A stretch of 58,725 nucleotides of DNA from Balneolaceae bacterium (GCA_003559375.1 PWLN01000208.1:1-58725); one strand, 5' to 3'. Counted from the first letter of the stretch, positions 30,801 to 39,884 are shown. Numbers and translations: made by a program. Notes: generated by a model not told the origin, from the letters alone.

Positions 30801-31180
30801 TTTTCTGTTATGGCATCAGCTGAAGCCACAATGATGGATGCCTTGCCATCGTTCAACTTTTCAAGTACTTCAGAACGCTGCACAAGCACCGACATATCAA
30901 CTACCTTATCGCTATCAAATGGCCGTCTGCCGGTAGGAGGGAAGAGGAAAACCTCTGTTGCCCCGAGTTGTTCAAAATCGGATGCGACAGAAGCAGCCCT
31001 GTCAAATTCACGTGTTACAAATAACAGGGTTTGCCCGTTTTTATTGAATTGGTTAAGAAGAAAAATGGCAGATGACCCAGTGAGGCCGTTAAGTTCAATA
31101 TTTTCTGATTTTTCGAGTCTTTTTTTTAATTCATCAAAAGGGAAATCAGTAAGGATTGCTGATGTGATCTTGTCAAGCAT
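27830..31180 (-). CDS. mfd: Transcription-repair coupling factor
   Basis: VVHVDYGIG (RID), CGDVGFGKTE, DEEQRFG, TATPIPRT, QLRGRVGR and RDLDIRGAG motifs. Confidence 0.98.
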   Translation of the reverse strand: MLDKITSAILTDFPFDELKKRLEKSENIELNGLTGSSAIFLLNQFNKNGQTLLFVTREFDRAASVASDFEQLGATEVFLFPPTGRRPFDSDKVVDMSVLVQRSEVLEKLNDGKASIIVASADAITEKLVPAKIFYSQSIEITRGMILPIDELAEKLSEQGYSPAKFVDEPGEFAIRGGIFDVFPFSGEYPVRLEFFGDEIDSIREFDPDSQRSIAFLNETRLVPNAGFSENGTKESIIAYMPKDTVMVLEDAEFIVDEIDHFFQKSQELFDRIGDNLAGTPEQHYLTSTEWENAISGHGTITLGSFNRCVSLDGSFSFNTAPHPSFNGSFKLLREFIQDESKNNSFTLILTDHENQKERFEELLGDPADDFRYHIIIQNLHEGFLLPEYNLALLTDHQIFNRYHRPKIKRKRVRGGFSFKELKDLNIGDFVVHVDYGIGQFAGFKKIEVRNSIQEAAVLRYKDDSILYVNITSLHKLQKYSGKEGIQPRITKLGSGEWARKKAATRSKVKDIAKDLIELYAKRKARQAFSFDPDNSWQTEMEARFEYEETPDQLHAIKSVKSDMESSQPMDRLVCGDVGFGKTEVAVRAAFKAVMNQKQAAILVPTTILADQHFKTFTNRMKDFPVEVEVLSRFRTQAEQKNIIKRLEAGKIDILIGTHRMISKDVKFKDIGLLVIDEEQRFGVAMKEKLKSYRATIDVLTLTATPIPRTLQFSLMGARDLSLIHTPPPNRQPVYTEIHSFDSELIRDAILQETSRVGQVFFIHNRIGNIEEITGMIRELVPDIRVRYAHGQMPASRLEKIIADFYLNKYEVLVSTNIVENGIDIANANTIIINNANQFGLSELHQLRGRVGRSNRKAFCYLITPDVRSLTPEARKRLSALEEFSELGSGFNIAMRDLDIRGAGDILGAEQSGYISDIGFDLYTKILNDAVQELKETEYSALFTEETKELDYPDTRVEFDLSAYLDQEYVSDNVERLNLYRKLSEANSLQQIEEWKNELSDRFGKIPETGENLLKAAVIKFFGSRLFLSKITIRSERMWLLCPTNTSENGNYFYDTGKFQDLLNLMQKYSSHTFKVVQKNDAVTFVINEINGIDEAIVYLKMLYDEVNILNNKVSV

Positions 31181-31216
31181 TTAATCCGATTAAGTGATAC
31201 ATAGAAAAGATAGATT

Positions 31217-32215
31217 TCATGGATGAAACAAAGGAGAACGTGTAAGGAAGCGTTCATTTATAAATGCGAGTACCAGAAAAACAAGCCCGGCCATCAGATA
31301 TGCAGGATATTCATCACTGTAGTTAACATAGATTATTTCATCAATTTCGGTACGCTCCAGACGGTCAATTTCGCGGTATACTTCAAACAGTTCTTCGAGG
31401 TCGGTTACCCGCCAATATTCTCCGCCGGTAATTTCCGCGATATGGATCAGCATATCTTCGTCAATATTTACCTGAACATTTTGATAACGCCGTCCAAAAA
31501 TCGGATCATCTACCGGGTAAGGGGCAGTACCACGCGAACCGATTCCCATGGTATAGACCCTTATACCGAGTGTGGCAGCCATTTCTCCGGCAGTAATCGG
31601 GTCAATTTCACCGGCATTGTTCATGCCATCGGTAAGCAGGATTATAACACGGCTGTCCGCTTCACTGTCTCGAAGCCTGTTAATTGAGGTTGCTATACCC
31701 ATACCGATTGCTGTTCCGTCGCGAACCATGCCCAGATCAACTGTTGCGAGTAAATTTTGAACGAGATTGTGATCGAGCGTAGGAGGGACAACTGTAAAGC
31801 TTTCTCTTGCAAAAACATTAATACCAATCCTGTCAGTTATTCTTTGCCTGATAAATTCAGCAGCAACATCCTTGGCTGCTATCAGGCGGTTCGGTTTAAT
31901 ATCTTCTGCAAGCATCGATGAAGAGATATCGATACTGATCATGATATCTATGCCTTCCGCACTGCGTTCAACAGTTGTATTTTGAAGCTGCGGACGCGCG
32001 AGAGCAAGTACAAGACACACGTAAGCAATCGTATACAGTAGTGGTGTTACCCAAACCAGTAAAGAACGGTAATTACCCGGAAGGTTTTTGAGCCTCATTA
32101 CTGAAGAGAATGTTAGTGAGGCGCTTTTTCCGCTAAAGTAAATCCAACCTCGATAGAGAAGAAATAACGGAATAAACAACAAAAACCAGAAATATTCGGG
32201 ATTTGCCCAGCTCAT
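31217..32215 (-). CDS. batA: BatA-like vWA domain protein
   Basis: N-terminal WANPEYF, ALARPQ, MIDAS DISSS, GTAIGMG, LLTDG.NNAG; C-terminal TM. Confidence 0.9.
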   Translation of the reverse strand: MSWANPEYFWFLLFIPLFLLYRGWIYFSGKSASLTFSSVMRLKNLPGNYRSLLVWVTPLLYTIAYVCLVLALARPQLQNTTVERSAEGIDIMISIDISSSMLAEDIKPNRLIAAKDVAAEFIRQRITDRIGINVFARESFTVVPPTLDHNLVQNLLATVDLGMVRDGTAIGMGIATSINRLRDSEADSRVIILLTDGMNNAGEIDPITAGEMAATLGIRVYTMGIGSRGTAPYPVDDPIFGRRYQNVQVNIDEDMLIHIAEITGGEYWRVTDLEELFEVYREIDRLERTEIDEIIYVNYSDEYPAYLMAGLVFLVLAFINERFLTRSPLFHP

Positions 32216-32216
32216 T

Positions 32217-33209
32217 TTATACCGATTTCGTTGATTCGGTTACGGGTTTGGGTATAGGCTTGATGACCCCATGCTCAGTTTCGTATTTATACTTCATGTA
32301 TTTAATTTGCTCATAATTCACAATCGAAGCCGTTTCGATAAAGTCTTTTGCTTTCTGTAGTACCGATTTTGCCTGTTCAGTATCAGGATGGAAATTGGCG
32401 AACTTCACTAGATCAGCTTCATTCAGTACTTTTCGTGTAATATCGATTATTTCTGAAGGTGCCAGTTCTTTATGGAGTGATTCATTTATTTCACGTGTTG
32501 TCATTTCCAGGGCAGGGAAATTGTAAACCCGTTTCAGGTAAAAACGAATTGAATCACCCAATTTGATATAATATAATTCATAATCAGCTCTTGTATCCAA
32601 TGTGTTAACCGGCGGCAGCCTGTCTACTGCGAGTTTGAGTTCATCTAATGGATTTCTGAATGGATCGGGCAGGCTTACCGGAGTCGCTTCTTTTTCCGGT
32701 TCACGATTCATGTACCATCTGTAGATCAAATAAGCCGTAAGCAGAAGTATTATCAACAAAAAAAGAAGTGGCCACCAATTACGGGCAAAAGCAAAAATCG
32801 GCTTTATCGGGCGAAACTCCTCATCACCTTCAGCGAGTGTGGTTTTAAAAAAAAGAGGCACTGGTACGGTGAAGAGAGTACTATCCTGCCCGGCTGATGT
32901 AATCATGATCTCCTTGCGGTCTATTGTCACATCATCAGTTCCAAAAAACTGAAGGGTAAAAACAAGGCTGTCCCTTCGTGAAGTTAATTGAAATCGTTGT
33001 CTTGATATCACATCAAAATCAGCTTCAAAATCACTTTCAGCAGGAAAAATGATGCTGTCATACTCACCATCGAAAACAATGGTATAGGTGAAAAGATCAC
33101 CTACTCTTACTGAGTCAGTATCCACATAGGTATGTACAAACTGAGCATGTGCCTGCCCAGCCAAAAGATAAAATAAAACTTTAATGAGTAAAACCGCCTG
33201 TATCTGCAC
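32217..33209 (-). CDS. Bat-cluster membrane protein (usually between DUF58 and batA)
   Basis: Signal peptide, VDTDSVRVGD, one TM helix, ALEMTTREI and ADLVKFA motifs. Confidence 0.8.
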   Translation of the reverse strand: MQIQAVLLIKVLFYLLAGQAHAQFVHTYVDTDSVRVGDLFTYTIVFDGEYDSIIFPAESDFEADFDVISRQRFQLTSRRDSLVFTLQFFGTDDVTIDRKEIMITSAGQDSTLFTVPVPLFFKTTLAEGDEEFRPIKPIFAFARNWWPLLFLLIILLLTAYLIYRWYMNREPEKEATPVSLPDPFRNPLDELKLAVDRLPPVNTLDTRADYELYYIKLGDSIRFYLKRVYNFPALEMTTREINESLHKELAPSEIIDITRKVLNEADLVKFANFHPDTEQAKSVLQKAKDFIETASIVNYEQIKYMKYKYETEHGVIKPIPKPVTESTKSV

Positions 33210-33409
33210 GTGAAACCTTAAACCGGAATAATTTGCCTGTAAAAATACAAAGACAACAAGATAAGAAATGGAAAAACGAATTATTGATTGATTTATTTGT
33301 AAAAATAATGTAATTGTTATGATATAATTTTCTTTTGCACTATTTTCTTTACATCATCTACAGCTCATTTAACTTACCTGATCATTTTAATAAAACGAAC
33401 ATTTAACGG

Positions 33410-34681
33410 ATGCTTAAAAAACTGACCGGAATTGTAGTTCTTTTTGTTTTTATTGTATTTCTTGCTTTCCGTTTTGATGGCGGAAAAATTGACCTATCAG
33501 AAGAAATGAATATTCAGGTTCACGAAATCGAGGAAATTCCTGCTACACCGGCCCTCGATCCCTACGGCATGGCTATTCAGTTCTACGATGATGTTTTTGA
33601 AGGGCGAATTCAACGGAATGAATCCCTATATATTATACTAAGCCGTCATGGTGTAACACCTGATCAAATTCATTCTATCCAGCAACAAGCACGCGGAATC
33701 GTTAACCTGAGCCGCATGATTCCCGGCCAGCAGTACAGGATATATAAAAATGACGGACGCGCATCAGCTTTTGTCTGGAGGAATTCATCAACCGAATATA
33801 CAACCATCAACTGGGAAGATGGTATTGAGATCAGCAATTCCAGTATTCCGGTGAGGACAAGTATTGCAAGTGTTTCGGGAACAATTCGCAGTTCTTTAGC
33901 CAATGCAATACAAGCCCAGGGTGTTTCGAACAGGCTCGTAGTAGAACTCGCAAATATATATGCCTGGACAATCGATTTTTATGGGCTCAGACAGGGCGAT
34001 CAGTTTAAGGCCGTTTATGAAAATCGTCATGTAATGGACGAATATATCGGAATAGGAAAAATCAAGGCAGCGGAATTTGAGCATCGTGGAAATGTAATTC
34101 GTGCATATTACTATGATAACGGAGATCAGCCAGGTTATTACGATGCAGAAGGTAACAGCATGCGCCGTTCCATGATGAGGGTTCCTTTTGAATATAACCC
34201 GCGTATCAGTTCCGGTTTTTCGCATAACCGCCTTCACCCGATATTGAATCAGAGAAGGCCACACTACGGAACAGATTATGCTGCACCAACCGGAACACCA
34301 ATCCTTGCTGCGGGAGACGGAGTTGTTACAGAAGCTCAATTCAGAGGTGGTAATGGAAATATTGTTCAAATTCGCCACAACAGTGTATATCGTACAGCCT
34401 ACCTTCATCTTAGTCGTTTTGCGTCAGGCATCCGTCCTGGCGTACGAGTAAGGCAAGGTCAGGTAATCGGCTATGTTGGTCAGACAGGCCTCGCCACAGG
34501 CCCTCATCTCTGTTATCGTCTTTACAAAAACAATACACCAATCAATTCCGTAACATATGACTTTCCACCTGATGAAGGCCTTGCCCAGGAGCATATGCCG
34601 GCTTTTATGGCCGAGGTTCAGCGACTTGATGAGTTGTTGAATTCGCTTACAGAGCCGTTGGAAAACCTGGCATTGAATTAG
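33410..34681 (+). CDS. MepM-like M23 peptidoglycan DD-endopeptidase
   Basis: N-terminal anchor, Csd3/OapA-like region, RPHYGTDYAA, YLHL and GPHLCY motifs. Confidence 0.92.
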   Translation: MLKKLTGIVVLFVFIVFLAFRFDGGKIDLSEEMNIQVHEIEEIPATPALDPYGMAIQFYDDVFEGRIQRNESLYIILSRHGVTPDQIHSIQQQARGIVNLSRMIPGQQYRIYKNDGRASAFVWRNSSTEYTTINWEDGIEISNSSIPVRTSIASVSGTIRSSLANAIQAQGVSNRLVVELANIYAWTIDFYGLRQGDQFKAVYENRHVMDEYIGIGKIKAAEFEHRGNVIRAYYYDNGDQPGYYDAEGNSMRRSMMRVPFEYNPRISSGFSHNRLHPILNQRRPHYGTDYAAPTGTPILAAGDGVVTEAQFRGGNGNIVQIRHNSVYRTAYLHLSRFASGIRPGVRVRQGQVIGYVGQTGLATGPHLCYRLYKNNTPINSVTYDFPPDEGLAQEHMPAFMAEVQRLDELLNSLTEPLENLALN

Positions 34682-34799
34682 CAGCAGGTTGCTATACTCT
34701 GTAAATCAGGTATTAAAAAAGCATCGCATTGAAGTTTTTTGTGACAGAGGAATACTAATTTTAACTGCTGATAGTTGGTTTTTAACGAGCAGTAAGATG

Positions 34800-35672
34800 T
34801 TACCTGCCGGTGCGTCGCTGGAAAAAGTTGATGAGTGGACGTATATAAGATTGATTCGTATATACATCCACCGAGTCCATCTTGTTACGGATGAAATATT
34901 CTTTCAGGTATTTTTTTTGTTCCAGTACTTTGGCGCGGTATGCAGTTCTGACAGATTTGCTGGATGTGTCAACAATGGTTTGTTCACCGGTTTCTGCATC
35001 AGTCAAGGGTACCACGCCAATATCCGGTAGTTCTTCCTCAAATTTGTCATTTATTACAATGTTTACCAAATCGTGTTTTCTGCCCGTAATGCGGTGCTGT
35101 TTTTCGAAATTACTATCTTGAAAGTCGGAAGCGAGAATTACTATAGCCCGGCGGTTAAGCAGTCGGTTTACGTAAGAGAGTGCCTCAGCGATTGATGTTC
35201 GTTTTCCTGAAGGTTCTGTAGTATAGAGCTCGCGAATCAATCGTAATACGTGTGTTCTTCCTTTTTTGGGTGGTACAACTTTTTCAATCTTTTCACTGAA
35301 TAGGACCATACCTACTTTATCACCATTTTTGATAGCGCTAAATGCCAAAACTGCACATAGTTCAATAGCAAGCTCCATTTTAGTTTGCGAACGGCTTCCG
35401 AAAAATCCGCTGGGTGAGATATCAACACAAAGCATCAGGGTTTGTTCGCGTTCTTCCTCGAAAATTTTAATAAAAGGTTCGCCGCTTCGCGCAGTAACAT
35501 TCCAGTCGATCTGCCTCACATCATCTCCAAAAGTATATTCACGTACTTCTGAAAACTCCATTCCGCGCCCCTTAAACGCCGACTGATATTCACCGCCGAA
35601 AATGTTGTTCACCAGTCCCTTGGTACGTATTTCGAGTTTTCTGACTTTTGATAAAATATCTTTGGAAATCAT
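34800..35672 (-). CDS. DUF58 domain protein (MoxR/Bat associated)
   Basis: FKGRGMEFSEVREY..GDDVRQIDWNVTAR, EEERE and SDF motifs. Confidence 0.95.
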   Translation of the reverse strand: MISKDILSKVRKLEIRTKGLVNNIFGGEYQSAFKGRGMEFSEVREYTFGDDVRQIDWNVTARSGEPFIKIFEEEREQTLMLCVDISPSGFFGSRSQTKMELAIELCAVLAFSAIKNGDKVGMVLFSEKIEKVVPPKKGRTHVLRLIRELYTTEPSGKRTSIAEALSYVNRLLNRRAIVILASDFQDSNFEKQHRITGRKHDLVNIVINDKFEEELPDIGVVPLTDAETGEQTIVDTSSKSVRTAYRAKVLEQKKYLKEYFIRNKMDSVDVYTNQSYIRPLINFFQRRTGR

Positions 35673-35870
35673 ATGATTTAAAGGGGTTACCTGTTTAAAT
35701 GCGATGTAAACTGTTGAGAACGTACAAAATTAAGGCAAAAGATAAATGAATCATTTAAAGTATTATTGTCCCTGCCATCAATTTACACCAATTTTACTCT
35801 GAATTAACAATTCAGTAATCTGGAAAGGCGATTATCTCACAAATATTATCATTGTTAATATGCAAGAATA

Positions 35871-36143
35871 ATGAAAATAGGACGCCAGTTTAATAAAAAA
35901 TGTGAACTTATACTACTGGAGGCAGGTAAATTGTCGGAAATGAAATCCGGAGTGAAAATTACTGTTGAGCAGGTTAACTTTGAACTGGGGCTTGAGAAAA
36001 ACGAGTTGCGATCTTATCTGGAATATATGAGGGATAAGAATCTGATTGAGCTCATAACAATTGGTGGGCCTTATCTATATGGCCATATATGTTTAACAAA
36101 AACAGGTTTGACAAAAATCATGACATTGAGACGTAAGCAGTAA
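35871..36143 (+). CDS. Small hypothetical protein, winged-helix-like
   Basis: 90 aa ORF with ATG start; pattern ELGL...ELRSYLEYMRDKNLIE...ICLTKTG resembles a winged helix with a MarR-like end. Confidence 0.65.
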   Translation: MKIGRQFNKKCELILLEAGKLSEMKSGVKITVEQVNFELGLEKNELRSYLEYMRDKNLIELITIGGPYLYGHICLTKTGLTKIMTLRRKQ

Positions 36144-36296
36144 TTGGGGAATGATCTTCTATGCTTATTTACACTGAGGTTTGTTTGTTGTTGTGCCGAT
36201 AAAATTTGTAATAGGTTATAGACAATAAACAATTGATAATGGACTTTTGTAAACTGAAATGAGTGATTTCTGTTATTTGGCTGTTTTAAACAAGAA

Positions 36297-36842
36297 TTAT
36301 ACCCCACTTGCTGATACAGGCTTTTCAGATGAAAGTCGACTTTGAAAGGAATCGCCGTAATTGGCCCATATCATCCAAAGAATAAAGATGATGATGTAAA
36401 ATACAGCAGCTGTACTGTACTCATGAGTAAAGTCGAACGCTGTAGGCCAGTATGCCTGAACGTAACATAATATTACGGTTCTCGCTACATTTGTGATGTA
36501 GATTACAGCAATTCCAAACAGTGAAAAAAGCAATCTTGGAATCCAGGCACCTGGATATGCAATTATAAATCCGAGAAAAAGGCCAATAGCTGCAATACCG
36601 TTACAACCATCCACTATTTCAACACCGTTTGTACCGGTTATGCCAACTACACGTCCGAAATGAAATGTTGTCTCGCCAAATGCCGCAAGAATACCTGCTG
36701 TTATCGAGGCAATATTTTGAGAAAGTGGTTCATCGATTACCCCGCTTGGAAGTACCCATAATTCGTAAACTATGTACCAGATTATGTAAATAACCAATAC
36801 TTTGATCAGAAACTGTGCAATCTCAGATTTGAAAAAAGACAT
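36297..36842 (-). CDS. Exosortase/archaeosortase family protein (XrtF/XrtX-like)
   Basis: Multi-TM protein with the Cys-Arg-His triad: VDGCNG, NVAR, FTHEY. Confidence 0.88.
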   Translation of the reverse strand: MSFFKSEIAQFLIKVLVIYIIWYIVYELWVLPSGVIDEPLSQNIASITAGILAAFGETTFHFGRVVGITGTNGVEIVDGCNGIAAIGLFLGFIIAYPGAWIPRLLFSLFGIAVIYITNVARTVILCYVQAYWPTAFDFTHEYSTAAVFYIIIFILWMIWANYGDSFQSRLSSEKPVSASGV

Positions 36843-36914
36843 AGAGAACTCTTAGTAGATTGTTTAGTGAAGTATAAGGATTTTATAATAATTTTTTACG
36901 GCAGAAGGTGGGGA

Positions 36915-37086
36915 GGATTTGCGTTATAGGATGTACGGTTTACGATATGAGTTCTGTGATGTGCGATCTGATGACAATCCCTGAGTATATATCCTGAACC
37001 AATATAAGATGAAGTTTAAGCAAAGGTGAGAAGAATTTTGGTAAAGAAATCCGCATCCGGCATCCGTTATCCTAAACCCTGTAACA
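36915..37086. repeat. Inverted pair of degenerate 7-bp tandem arrays
   Basis: Eight units of NGNTNTR at 36915-36970 and five complementary-phase units at 37052-37086. Confidence 0.7.
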
Positions 37087-37193
37087 CCACATGTTAACAG
37101 ATTACCAATAATTGTTATACCTCAAATCGTTATATCTATTTCTTTGGTTTATATACAGTATTCTTATCTTTCAGGCGTTTAGAGACTTGTGTT

Positions 37194-38234
37194 ATGATTT
37201 GGGAAAACAGTACATATTTATGGTTTATTTTACTTCTGCCGGCAATCTATTTTGGCTATTGGTGGTATCGAAGATACCAGGTTCGCAAGCGATCCGATTA
37301 CTTTGATGACCGGCTTATTACGCAATTGCGGAAAAATTACTGGAAAACCGGTGATAAAATAAGGCTTTTTTCCTTGTTAACGGCAGGCTTGTTTTTCATT
37401 ATTGCACTGGCTGGGCCAAAAACAGGCACCGAGGTACGTGAGATTCAGCGGCGTGGTGTTAATATGATGGTTGCCCTTGATCTTTCCCGAAGCATGAATG
37501 CAGAGGATGTAAACCCAAGCAGGCTGAGTAAAGCGAAATTTGAACTGAACCGGCTTATTAACAGGTTGCAAGGTGATCGTATAGGCCTGCTGGTATTTAC
37601 AGAAGAATCATTTATTCAGGTTCCCTTTACCACCGATTATTCAGCATTCAGGGTATTGATGGACATTGCGAATACCGACCAGATGCCTACAAGTGGCACA
37701 AATTTCAGTGCGGCAATGGAGCGTGCAATAGAAAGTTTTCAATCAATTGAGAGAAGAGATAATGCAGCGAATGTGCTGCTTTTTGTTGCTGACGGCGAAA
37801 ACCATGGCCCGGATTTTCGACCGGCCATGCAACAGCTTATTGAGATGGGCGTAACGATATTCTCAGTTGGTATCGGTACGCCGGAAGGCGGTCCTATTCC
37901 GATTTATAACCAAAATGGCCAGTTAACGGGATATCTCAGGGATGCCCAGGGAAATACTGTTATTACACGCCTCGGATCAGAAACCATGCGTGAAATTGCT
38001 CAGGCATCAAATGGTGAATATTATGAAATCCGTTCTGGCAGCGATAATATAGAGCCTTTCTTTTCCCGTTTGGATGAACTGGAAAGAGGTGAGTTTTCTA
38101 GCCAGGAATTTGCAGATTACAAAAACAGATATCAAATTTTACTTCTTGTGGGTATTATCCTTTTTTTGGTCACACTTTTTGTCCCCGACAGTAAGCCCGA
38201 GAGAGACTTTATAAGGGGAAGATTTAAAACATAA
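37194..38234 (+). CDS. batB: BatB-like vWA domain protein
   Basis: IALAGPK.G, MIDAS DLSRSM, PSRLSKAK, P.TTDY, DGENH and GIGTPEG.PIP motifs. Confidence 0.88.
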   Translation: MIWENSTYLWFILLLPAIYFGYWWYRRYQVRKRSDYFDDRLITQLRKNYWKTGDKIRLFSLLTAGLFFIIALAGPKTGTEVREIQRRGVNMMVALDLSRSMNAEDVNPSRLSKAKFELNRLINRLQGDRIGLLVFTEESFIQVPFTTDYSAFRVLMDIANTDQMPTSGTNFSAAMERAIESFQSIERRDNAANVLLFVADGENHGPDFRPAMQQLIEMGVTIFSVGIGTPEGGPIPIYNQNGQLTGYLRDAQGNTVITRLGSETMREIAQASNGEYYEIRSGSDNIEPFFSRLDELERGEFSSQEFADYKNRYQILLLVGIILFLVTLFVPDSKPERDFIRGRFKT

Positions 38235-38255
38235 ATGATGAAATTGTAATTAATC

Positions 38256-39002
38256 ATGATAAAACTATTTGTTACAGATCTTGACGGCTGTATCTCATAT
38301 CCATTCCGTTCTCCTAAATGGGATGCTATACAATCAATCCGTGACTTGAATATTCGCAGCAGATCTGATGAAACCATCCCGCCGCTAACAATCTGTACCG
38401 GCCGGCCATACCCTTATGCTGAAGCTGTGGCTCAATGGCTTGATATCCGGATTCCATTTGTATTTGAAAGTGCTGGACTTTACCATTGGGATGGTAACCG
38501 TATTGAAACATCGCTGAATGGACAAGATCATATGCTTGAGCCGATTCGTGAGATGAAGAGATGGATCAGAGAACACATCCTTCCAAAATATCCTACTGCT
38601 AATATTGAGTTTACGAAAATGATGGATGCAGGTATTGTGACCCCTCATCGGAATGTTGTGGATGAGGTATTGCCCCGGATTGAAGAAAAAGTGCGAAACG
38701 ATTTTCCGGGAATGTTTGTGCATTGGACCGATGTTTCCGTGAATGTACTGCTTGAGGGCAATGACAAGCTGCAGGGGATGAAGCTATTAGCAGCATCACA
38801 AAATGTGTCGTTGCAAGAGATCGCATACATTGGAGATACCGGAGGAGATATCAGCGCACTCAAACATGTAAAATTGGCTTACTCTCCAAAAAATGCTACA
38901 AGGGGTGTTAAAAATGTGAGTATAAATCTTGATTATGAGATTACTGATGCAGTGCTGGAAGCATACCGGCAGGTGACCGAGTACAATCGATCACAGGTCT
39001 GA
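38256..39002 (+). CDS. HAD-IIB family phosphatase
   Basis: DLDGC motif I, CTGR motif II, K...IGDTGGD motifs III/IV. Confidence 0.88.
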   Translation: MIKLFVTDLDGCISYPFRSPKWDAIQSIRDLNIRSRSDETIPPLTICTGRPYPYAEAVAQWLDIRIPFVFESAGLYHWDGNRIETSLNGQDHMLEPIREMKRWIREHILPKYPTANIEFTKMMDAGIVTPHRNVVDEVLPRIEEKVRNDFPGMFVHWTDVSVNVLLEGNDKLQGMKLLAASQNVSLQEIAYIGDTGGDISALKHVKLAYSPKNATRGVKNVSINLDYEITDAVLEAYRQVTEYNRSQV

Positions 39003-39434
39003 TACGGCACCATCTCTTCGGAGCAAATAATTCCATTCATCCCCGTGAAGCTGCTTTACTTTTTGTCCGTTTCGCAGCCAGTAAAGGCTGTCTGCCCTAA
39101 CCAGAAAGGTCAGGTTTGTTAATCCGCTGTCTTTATATGTTGTGAGAGTATCTCCGGTAATTATCCAATTCCCCATTCCAGCGTATGGCATAAATTCCCG
39201 GGTACTGTATTGCCTTGTTTCACTATAAATATCCCGATTTAAATGCAGTTCGATATGTGTTTCCGGGCAAGTGTAGCAGGTAAAAACACCATAGTACGAT
39301 GAAGGCAGGATAATTTCAGCTTCCGGAGTAACGGCTGGTTGTTCCCTGGATAATTCATTACATGCCACATGAATCCTGAAAGAAATGAATATCACCAGCA
39401 GTAATAGGATAGTGATGTTTATAAATTTATTCAT
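38991..39434 (-). CDS. NlpE N-terminal-like (copper resistance family) lipoprotein
   Basis: Probable lipobox HVAC; YYGVFTCYTCPETHIELHL resembles the NlpE Y.G.LPCADC.GI...L.L motif; G.W...GDTL. Confidence 0.6.
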   Translation of the reverse strand: MNKFINITILLLLVIFISFRIHVACNELSREQPAVTPEAEIILPSSYYGVFTCYTCPETHIELHLNRDIYSETRQYSTREFMPYAGMGNWIITGDTLTTYKDSGLTNLTFLVRADSLYWLRNGQKVKQLHGDEWNYLLRRDGAVSDL

Positions 39435-39446
39435 TGTGACTCAAGT

Positions 39447-39884
39447 TTACATTTCATTAGCATTCGCTGCTCTCAGAAATTCGAGAATCAAGTAAGACTG
39501 GCTTTCAGAGATCCCGAGTTCAGCTTTAACACCGGGGTATGAATTTGACATTTCCTGGCCTGCCGGATGTCTTTGTGACATTTCAATCGGGTTGAGAATG
39601 TAATTAAGAATGAATTCCGGCTCTCTTCGATTTGCAACATTTCTTAGCCTGGGAGCGGTGATCACTGCGTCGAGCTGATGGCAGGCAACACAATATGTGT
39701 TAAAAATCTGACGGCCCTGCTCAGCTTTTTCTAAATCAATTTCTCCAAGTTCTATGGTTTCGGTAACAGGGCCTATACCATGGTTGATCTGAAATTCAGT
39801 GAGCCGATCCGAATCGCCACTGTCGCATCCAGATAACAAAAAAGCAATCATGATTAAAGTTGTCAGAGAGATTTTATAAAACAT
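39447..39884 (-). CDS. Monoheme cytochrome c lipoprotein
   Basis: Lipobox LSGC, GIGPV, heme motif CVACH, RREPEFILNYILNP. Confidence 0.9.
   Translation of the reverse strand: MFYKISLTTLIMIAFLLSGCDSGDSDRLTEFQINHGIGPVTETIELGEIDLEKAEQGRQIFNTYCVACHQLDAVITAPRLRNVANRREPEFILNYILNPIEMSQRHPAGQEMSNSYPGVKAELGISESQSYLILEFLRAANANEM

Noticed and set aside
34689-35030. 113-aa + strand ORF after the M23 gene
   Set aside because: Mostly antisense to DUF58, TTG start, no motif.
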